Assembly: GCA_043822305.1 (NCBI GenBank)
Contig: JBDRBU010000014.1
Span: 1 to 21,673, forward strand
DNA from: Candidatus Firestoneibacteriota bacterium
Lineage (GTDB): Bacteria; Oederibacteriota; D2-FULL-39-29; JBDRBU01
DNA length: 21,673 nt
Direction of reading: 5' to 3'
A model generated the notes under the pieces. It was not told the origin of the DNA, ran no database searches, and saw only the letters and a list, made by a program, of their open reading frames with translations. The position numbers and the translations under genes are program-made. Of this stretch, positions 1-6,539 are shown piece by piece. Each line of letters starts with the position of its first letter. Position 1 is the first letter of the stretch.

Positions 1-179
1 TTTTTAATTCCCCCTTTTAATTCCCCCTTAATAAAGGGGGTTAGGGGGTTGTTCTTTTAATAATCGTTGCCATTCCATATCGTATTGTCATAGATATTTA
101 TAACAACAACCCCCTTGATCCCCCTTAACAAAGGGGGAATAATGACAAATCACAATAACGGTCTTCAGTAAGGATTTAC
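1..179. mobile_element. GTAA...TTAC-family MITE-like element, copy A (left end outside window)
   Basis: Right end read inward is GTAAATCCTTACTGAAG, matching the terminal consensus GTAARTMNTYASTGAW of the copies at 6365-6479 and 17692-17778. Positions 1-53 and 101-141 are identical to 1011-1063 and 1110-1150. Confidence 0.7.
21..139. repeat. Inverted pair of C5/G5 REP-like palindromes (REPIN/BIME-like doublet)
   Basis: ttcccccttaataaagggggttagggggttgtt (21-53) faces an imperfect reverse complement aacaacccccttgatcccccttaacaaagggggaa (105-139). Each half is itself a CCCCCTT-N4-AAGGGGG hairpin. Confidence 0.85.
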
Positions 180-199
180 CTTTTTTTCTATACGATTCT

Positions 200-315
200 C
201 TAGACTTTCCATAATATAAATAATATTAGGAATAGTTGCCCGCATTAGGCGGGCAGACTAGACTTTCCATAATATAAATAATATTAGGAATAGTTGCCCG
301 CATTAGGCGGGCAGA
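200..315. repeat. Perfect 58-bp tandem duplication containing a GC hairpin (tgcccgc-attag-gcgggca)
   Basis: 200-257 equals 258-315, and a partial third start (ctagaatttccat) follows at 316. The 38-bp core recurs at 17963-18000. It may act as the terminator of the HAD gene. Confidence 0.9.
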
Positions 316-937
316 CTAGAATTTCCATCAGTTCTTGCGGTTTACTTATCAAAAAGTCTGGCTTTAGTTCTTTCAATATTTGTTTTGAATTCAACCCCCA
401 ACTTACAGCAATTATATTAATCTTAGTTCTCTTAGCCGCATCAATATCTCTTGTTTCATCTCCTATGTACACAACTTGTTCAGATTTTAGATTTTGATTC
501 TTTAGAAGACCGGTAATTACTTTGCTTTTACCAAAAATACTACTTTCCGAATAGATAAAGTCGAAGAAATCCAAACTATTCCTTTTCAGGAATTTACTTA
601 CATTGTCTTTTGAATTAGAGGTAAGAATTCCTAATCTATATCCATTTTTCTTTAGATTTAATAACACTTTTCGGATAGGTACCGTTGGCTTTAAGAATTC
701 TATTTTCTTGTTTAATTCTGTTTTAACCTTTCTAACCATAAAGTATAGTTTGGTTAACGGAATTCCCAAATATTCAAGGATTTCTTCGGCTCTCTTATTT
801 CTTAGAATATCCACATTTTTCCCTATTATTTTTTTATAACCAAAACTGTGTGATAAACGATTTATGATACTTAGAGCACACGGCAATGTATCGGCCAAAG
901 TTCCATCAAAATCAAAGATTACAACTTTCTTAATCAT
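284..937 (-). CDS. HAD-IA family hydrolase (phosphoglycolate phosphatase-like)
   Basis: Motif I DFDGTL close to the ATG at 937 (MIKKVVIFDFDGTL), motif II ILTSN, motif IV YIGDETRD. The start may instead be the TTG at 973 used by the ORF track. Confidence 0.9.
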   Translation of the reverse strand: MIKKVVIFDFDGTLADTLPCALSIINRLSHSFGYKKIIGKNVDILRNKRAEEILEYLGIPLTKLYFMVRKVKTELNKKIEFLKPTVPIRKVLLNLKKNGYRLGILTSNSKDNVSKFLKRNSLDFFDFIYSESSIFGKSKVITGLLKNQNLKSEQVVYIGDETRDIDAAKRTKINIIAVSWGLNSKQILKELKPDFLISKPQELMEILVCPPNAGNYS

Positions 938-984
938 GACACCTTGTATCACTTTATTGTAACCTTTCTTCAATAGATTTTATC

Positions 985-1188
985 ATAAATATTTCAGAAA
1001 AACCCTCTAATTTTTAATTCCCCCTTTTAATTCCCCCTTAATAAAGGGGGTTAGGGGGTTGTTTAAGTATCTTTAATATAATATTTCAAATTCCATCTTT
1101 AGAACGGCTTAACAACAACCCCCTTGATCCCCCTTAACAAAGGGGGAATACGGGAATATAATCCTCATGGCTTTCACTGACTATTTAC
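985..1188. mobile_element. GTAA...TTAC-family MITE-like element, copy B (degenerate left end, contains REP doublet)
   Basis: Right end aatcctcatggctttcactgactatttac differs at one base from the right end of 17692-17778. Left end ataaatatttcagaaaaaccctct is a decayed match to gtaagtattcagtgaaagccctct. No flanking duplication is visible. Confidence 0.7.
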
Positions 1189-1357
1189 GAATAATATTAT
1201 TAGAGTTACTGATCTCTCCAAATCTGCTTGCTTATAAAATTTACCAGTTTAGCCGAACCAAATATTAAATAAATACCGAATCAAGGACACAACATCTTTT
1301 TTTTGCATATTTTTCTCTCAATTCAGTTAGACTATTTCAACAGCCTGATTCATTTTG

Positions 1358-1564
1358 TTAAACCAGTTTTAACTCGTCAGAAAATAAATTTTTCCACGGC
1401 AGGAATGTTATTCCGGATATCATATAAGGTTTTTCAGCATTGCAAACACATAAAGGTTTTACCTTTGGAAACTCCCCCATAAAATCTTTCAAACACTTAA
1501 GTTCTTTTATTCCGACATATTCGGCTGATTTTATTTCTACCAGGTAAATTATACCATGTTTTTT
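1358..1564 (-). pseudogene. 5'-truncated remnant resembling the C-terminus of a DUF4143-type AAA ATPase (PD-(D/E)xK-like tail)
   Basis: Hand translation: KKHGIIYLVEIKSAEYVGIKELKCLKDFMGEFPKVKPLCVCNAEKPYMISGITFLPWKNLFSDELKLV*. The EIKS...L..L..F...LPW pattern is recognised from memory. There is an in-frame stop immediately upstream and no RBS or ATG at the 5' end. Confidence 0.6.
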
Positions 1565-1575
1565 TTACTTGTCAA
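1548..1575 (-). promoter_or_regulatory. Consensus sigma70 promoter TTGACA-N16-TATAAT with extended -10 TG
   Basis: Minus strand reads TTGACA agtaaaaaaaacaTGg TATAAT, with -35 at 1570-1575 and -10 at 1548-1553. Confidence 0.75.
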
Positions 1576-1600
1576 GTAAATATTACATGTTTTATCGAAA

Positions 1601-4600
1601 TTACTTTATATCACTGTGGTATTCTTGCAGGGACTTAACGGCTGATCTTCCCTCTTTCATTGCAGAAATGCCTTTTGCAGTTGCAAGTGCTGCTGATATG
1701 GTCGTGATATATGGAATCCTATGTTTTATGGCATTCTTCCGTATATACGAATCATCATACTGGCTGGTCTTACCCACTGGAGTATTTATGACTAAATTTA
1801 TCTCTCCGTTTTTAATCGCGTCCATGATATTTGGTCTGCCTTCATACAACTTCTTTATTGATGTAGATTCAATACCGCACTTTGACAGAAATTTATGCGT
1901 TCCCGTGGTGGCCATGATATTAAAGCCCAATTTTTTGAATTCCTTAGCCACTTTACAGACAAACGGTTTGTCCTTGTCCGAAATAGTAATAAGCACATTC
2001 CCTTTTAAAGGCAGTATCTGTGATGCTGCTTCCTGAGATTTGAAAAATGCTATCTCAAATGAATTCGCCAGGCCCAAAACTTCGCCTGTAGAACGCATTT
2101 CAGGACCAAGCACAGGGTCCACTTCGGGAAACATTGAAAAAGGAAATACTGCTTCCTTGACTCCAAAATGGGGAATCTTCCTTTGCTTTAAGTTCAAATC
2201 TTTTAGTTTTTTTCCAAGCATAAGTTGTGTGGCCGCCTTGGCCATGGAGATATTGCACACCTTTGAAACAAGGGGGACTGTTCTTGAAGCACGCGGGTTT
2301 GCCTCAAGCACATAAACCTTATCATTTGCAATAGCATACTGTATATTAATGAGCCCTACAACCTTGAGTTCCTTTGCAATCAATTCCGTATATTTATATA
2401 TTGTATCAAGGTGTTTTCTGGGAATGCTTACCGATGGTATTACACATGCGGAATCACCGGAGTGAATGCCTGCTTCCTCAATATGCTCCATAACCGCTGG
2501 AATAAAATTATCCCTGCCATCCGCAATCGCATCTGCTTCACACTCAAGAGCGTTTTCAAGAAACCTGTCAATGAGTATAGGTCTTTCCGATGTAATACCA
2601 ACAGCAGCTTGAACATATTTCTTTAGGTCTTCATCATCGTATATAATTTCCATACCTCTTCCGCCTAAGACATAAGAAGGTCTAACTATAAGTGGGTACC
2701 CGATTTTCTTAGCAATTTTTAAAGCTTCACTTAAATTAATCGCCATACCCGCTTCAGGCATCGGAATTTTTAGTTTCTTCATCATTAACCGGAATCTGTC
2801 ACGGTCTTCTGCCAGGTCAATTGTATCTGGAGATGTGCCAAGTATTTTAACCCCAAATTTAGAAAGTTCGCCGGCAATATTCAAAGGTGTCTGACCTCCG
2901 AACTGTACAATAACACCGTCCGGCTTTTCTTTTTGATAAATACTCAATACATCTTCCACTGTAAGTGGTTCAAAGTATAATTTATCAGAAGTATCATAGT
3001 CAGTTGAAACGGTTTCCGGATTACAGTTTATCATAATGGTCTCATAACCTTCGGACCTCAGGGTGAAAGCTGCATGCACACAGCAGTAATCAAATTCAAT
3101 TCCCTGTCCGATACGATTAGGACCACCACCTAAGACTATCACTTTATGTCCCTTAGATAATTTTATCTTATCCGCAGCATTGTAGGTGGAAAAATAATAC
3201 GCTGCATTCTTTACGCCACTTACCTGAACAGGTTCCCATCCCTCCACAATATCTAAACTAATCCTCCGGTCTCGTATCTTGCTTTCCTTAATATTGAGAA
3301 TCAGGGAGAGGTATTTATCAGAAAAACCATCTTTTTTTGCCTGCTTAAGTAAATCATCCGGAAGTTTTTTCCCTTTGTACTTTAAAATCTTTTCTTCCAA
3401 TTCCACTAATTCCTTCATCTGTTTTATAAAATACGGTTTGATATATGTCTTCTTATAAAGTTCGTTTATGTCCGCTCCCTTTCTTAAGGCCTCATACATT
3501 ATGAACTGACGTTCGCTGGACGCTTCCCTTAACATCCCCATAAGTTCTTCTAAAGACTTTTTGTTAAAATCCTTTGCAAATCCCAATCCGTAGCGACCGT
3601 TTTCCAAAGAACGTATCGACTTCTGAAATGCTTCTTTGTAATTTTTTCCTATACTCATAACCTCGCCAACCGCACGCATCTGAGTACCGAGTTTATCCTC
3701 AGCATTTTTAAACTTCTCAAATGCCCAGCGGGCAAATTTCACCACTACATAATCTCCTGAAGGTGTATACTTATCTAATGTCCCCTCGCGCCAATACGGT
3801 ATTTCGTCTAAAGTCAATCCTGCGGCAAGTTTTGCGGAAATAAGAGCTATCGGAAATCCTGTTGCCTTTGATGCAAGAGCAGACGAACGAGAAGTTCGGG
3901 GATTAATCTCTATCACAACCACTCTGCCTGTAACTGGGTCGTGTGCAAACTGGATATTTGTCCCTCCTATAACCTCTATGGCCTCAACTATCGAATACGA
4001 ATATTTCTGCAGTTTTTTCTGAAGTTCCTGGCTTATGGTAAGCATTGGAGCCGTGCAGTAGGAATCGCCGGTATGCACGCCCATAGCATCAACATTTTCT
4101 ATAAAGCAAACCGTAATCATCTGGTTTTTAGAATCCCTAACTACTTCAAGTTCAAGTTCCTCCCAACCTAATACCGATTCTTCGACAAGAATCTGCCCAA
4201 TGAGACTGGCGGCAATACCCCTGCTTGCTACCACACGAAGTTCTTCAACATTATAAACTAAACCACCACCCGTCCCTCCCATGGTATAAGCAGGTCTTAT
4301 GACGACCGGATAACCAAGTTTTTCTGCTATTTTTTCCGCTTCTTCTATGCTGTATGCGGGATCACTTTTCGGCATATCAATTCCCAGATTGTTCATGGTT
4401 TCTTTAAACGCAATCCTATCTTCTCCTCGCTTTATTGCTTCGATATTAACCCCAATTACTTTAACGCCATATTTTTTGAGCACACCCGCCTCAGCAAGTT
4501 CTGAAGATAGATTCAATCCTGTCTGACCTCCAAGATTAGGTAAGAGAGCATCAGGTCTTTCTTTTTCTATAATTTCGGTCATTGTTTTTAGATTCAGGGG

Positions 4601-4801
4601 TTCTATGTATGTCGCCTCTGCCATTCCGGGGTCAGTCATAATCGTGGCAGGATTGGAATTCACAAGCACAATCTTATAACCTAATTCGCGAAGTGCCTTG
4701 CAAGCCTGTGTCCCGGAATAATCAAATTCACAAGCCTGTCCTATGACGATAGGACCTGAACCTATGATCATAACCTTTTTTATATCATTTCGTCTTGGCA
4801 T
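1601..4801 (-). CDS. carB: Carbamoyl-phosphate synthase large subunit
   Basis: 1066 aa. N-terminal IGSGPIVIGQACEFDYSG, duplicated ATP-grasp halves (second half GGGPNRIGQGIEFDYC) and a C-terminal MGS-like domain. SD AGGAGGAGG at 4805-4813. Confidence 0.98.
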   Translation of the reverse strand: MPRRNDIKKVMIIGSGPIVIGQACEFDYSGTQACKALRELGYKIVLVNSNPATIMTDPGMAEATYIEPLNLKTMTEIIEKERPDALLPNLGGQTGLNLSSELAEAGVLKKYGVKVIGVNIEAIKRGEDRIAFKETMNNLGIDMPKSDPAYSIEEAEKIAEKLGYPVVIRPAYTMGGTGGGLVYNVEELRVVASRGIAASLIGQILVEESVLGWEELELEVVRDSKNQMITVCFIENVDAMGVHTGDSYCTAPMLTISQELQKKLQKYSYSIVEAIEVIGGTNIQFAHDPVTGRVVVIEINPRTSRSSALASKATGFPIALISAKLAAGLTLDEIPYWREGTLDKYTPSGDYVVVKFARWAFEKFKNAEDKLGTQMRAVGEVMSIGKNYKEAFQKSIRSLENGRYGLGFAKDFNKKSLEELMGMLREASSERQFIMYEALRKGADINELYKKTYIKPYFIKQMKELVELEEKILKYKGKKLPDDLLKQAKKDGFSDKYLSLILNIKESKIRDRRISLDIVEGWEPVQVSGVKNAAYYFSTYNAADKIKLSKGHKVIVLGGGPNRIGQGIEFDYCCVHAAFTLRSEGYETIMINCNPETVSTDYDTSDKLYFEPLTVEDVLSIYQKEKPDGVIVQFGGQTPLNIAGELSKFGVKILGTSPDTIDLAEDRDRFRLMMKKLKIPMPEAGMAINLSEALKIAKKIGYPLIVRPSYVLGGRGMEIIYDDEDLKKYVQAAVGITSERPILIDRFLENALECEADAIADGRDNFIPAVMEHIEEAGIHSGDSACVIPSVSIPRKHLDTIYKYTELIAKELKVVGLINIQYAIANDKVYVLEANPRASRTVPLVSKVCNISMAKAATQLMLGKKLKDLNLKQRKIPHFGVKEAVFPFSMFPEVDPVLGPEMRSTGEVLGLANSFEIAFFKSQEAASQILPLKGNVLITISDKDKPFVCKVAKEFKKLGFNIMATTGTHKFLSKCGIESTSIKKLYEGRPNIMDAIKNGEINLVINTPVGKTSQYDDSYIRKNAIKHRIPYITTISAALATAKGISAMKEGRSAVKSLQEYHSDIK

Positions 4802-4821
4802 AAACCTCCTCCTGTCAATAA

Positions 4822-6345
4822 TTAGATACCAATATAATTCTGTAAAGTTAAAAAAGAATCAGTAGTATAATTAACCTTAAGTTTTCTTAAACCTGCTTCA
4901 TCGCCTGCAGTAGGTAAATGAGTAAGATGCATCTCACAATTTGCTAAATATTTAAGGTTTTTAATCCCGGTTTCTGCTAGAGGATTAGTAGATGAACTCA
5001 CCGAAAGAACTATAAGTGTCTCATCAACATTTAAAGACGGAGAGTCAACACCTGAAACCTCTGTTTTAAGTGAACCTATACTTGTTAATATTAAAGGGGT
5101 AAGAAGATGCATATTATCAGGAACACCAGATAGTTTTTTAATTGCTTTAATAATAACCGCTGACTCCGCGTGAAAAAGTGACGAGTTATGTGCTGTTAGA
5201 ATCGTTCCATCCAATAGTTCTATTGCCGCCCCACAAAAAATTCCTTTATGCCCCTCCCTTTGTTCTCTTGCCATATGGGCAGTATTTCTAGCAGGTTCAA
5301 CAACATTTCTATCAGAAAGTTTAATACCAATCTCTTGTATTATCTTCTCAGTTCTGACTACTGTTTCCTTCGTTCCAACTCCTATAGTAAATTCTTTATT
5401 ATATCTGAACCATCGTCTTATGATTTCCTGTTTTGCGGCTTCACAAATCACATCATCGTTAATTATACCTTCTTTACCCATACTTACACCCATATCTGTT
5501 GGTGAATTATATTTTGCTATATGATTCTCTTTATCGGCAATTTTATCTATTATTCTTTTCATTATTCCAAAATTTTCAATATCCCGGTTATAATTTATAG
5601 CAGTTACACCGTATGCATTAAGATGAAAGGGGTCCACCATATTTATATCACCTAAGTCTGCTGTAGCCGCTTCATACGCTACATTTACAGGATGTTTAAG
5701 TGGTAAGTTCCATATAGGAAATGTTTCAAATTTTGCAAATCCAGAATGTTTAGCCTGCAGGGAATCATGAAAAACTTGTGAAAGACACATAGCCATCTTT
5801 CCACTGCCAGGACCTGAGCCAGTAACAATAACTACTGGTTTCTTAGTTTCTATATGTGGAACTTTGCCAAACCCTTCATCACTAACTACTCTGTCTATAT
5901 CATTAGGATAACCATCTATTTCTGGACTGATATATGTTTTCATACCAAGACTTTCTAAATGTTTTTTAAATACCAGTGCTTTTTTCTCACCGCTAAATCG
6001 AGTAATCACCACACAAGAAATTTCTAATCCAAAATTCTGAAGGTCTTCCATGGTTTTAAGGGTAACATTATCATATGTTAAACCAAAATCACCTCTTACT
6101 TTACCATCCTGAATATCTTTAGCACTAACGCAGTAAACTATTTCTATGTTATCACCAAGTTCTTTTAGTAAAGATATTTTCACATTTGGGTCATAACCGG
6201 GGAGTACCCTTGAAGCATGATAGTCATAACATATCTTGCCACCAAACTCCAGATAAAGTTTGCCCTTAAACATTCCAACCCTTTCCATAATCCTTCTGGT
6301 TTGAGCTATTAGATATTTCTTATTATCAAAACCTATCTTTTTCAT
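4822..6345 (-). CDS. DUF1846 / UPF0371 family protein (P-loop domain plus deaminase-like C-terminal domain)
   Basis: Family-typical motifs KIGFDNKKY, KLYLEFGGK, DYHASRVLPG, GPGSGKMAMCLSQ, AKFETFPIWNLPLKHPVNVAYEAATADL and SPTDMGV. SD AAGGAGG at 6354-6360. Confidence 0.92.
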   Translation of the reverse strand: MKKIGFDNKKYLIAQTRRIMERVGMFKGKLYLEFGGKICYDYHASRVLPGYDPNVKISLLKELGDNIEIVYCVSAKDIQDGKVRGDFGLTYDNVTLKTMEDLQNFGLEISCVVITRFSGEKKALVFKKHLESLGMKTYISPEIDGYPNDIDRVVSDEGFGKVPHIETKKPVVIVTGSGPGSGKMAMCLSQVFHDSLQAKHSGFAKFETFPIWNLPLKHPVNVAYEAATADLGDINMVDPFHLNAYGVTAINYNRDIENFGIMKRIIDKIADKENHIAKYNSPTDMGVSMGKEGIINDDVICEAAKQEIIRRWFRYNKEFTIGVGTKETVVRTEKIIQEIGIKLSDRNVVEPARNTAHMAREQREGHKGIFCGAAIELLDGTILTAHNSSLFHAESAVIIKAIKKLSGVPDNMHLLTPLILTSIGSLKTEVSGVDSPSLNVDETLIVLSVSSSTNPLAETGIKNLKYLANCEMHLTHLPTAGDEAGLRKLKVNYTTDSFLTLQNYIGI

Positions 6346-6364
6346 AAAACAACCCTCCTTACGA

Positions 6365-6479
6365 GTAAATATTCACTGAACCACATTACATTTTAACAAA
6401 TTTCTATTTGTCATTGCGACACAGTCTCATTGCGAGGCGGTATTTTGCCGAAGCAATCTCATCATCAGTAAGGACTTAC
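6365..6479. mobile_element. GTAA...TTAC-family MITE-like element, copy C (115 bp), with 8-bp target duplication
   Basis: Ends read inward are GTAAATATTCACTGAAC and GTAAGTCCTTACTGATG. Flanks ccttacga (6357-6364) and ccatacga (6480-6487) match 7/8. Confidence 0.7.
6410..6460. repeat. GTCATTGCGA...GAAGCAATCTC-type palindromic repeat inside MITE copy C
   Basis: Bulged hairpin attgcgaggc...gccgaagcaat. The 9-mer tcattgcga is duplicated at 6411-6419 and 6427-6435. Confidence 0.65.
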
Positions 6480-6539
6480 CCATACGAATTATAGTTTACA
6501 ATAAAATATTTTACTATTCAATCTAAAATTAGTTTATTT

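Noticed and set aside
200..328. CRISPR array (38-bp hairpin repeats)
   Set aside because: Only two adjacent copies, the 20-bp intervening sequences are identical (tandem duplication), and no cas genes are present.
1..1150. CRISPR-like repeat-spacer-repeat in the C5/G5 doublets
   Set aside because: The arms flanking each spacer are inverted rather than direct, and the two units are 1 kb apart.
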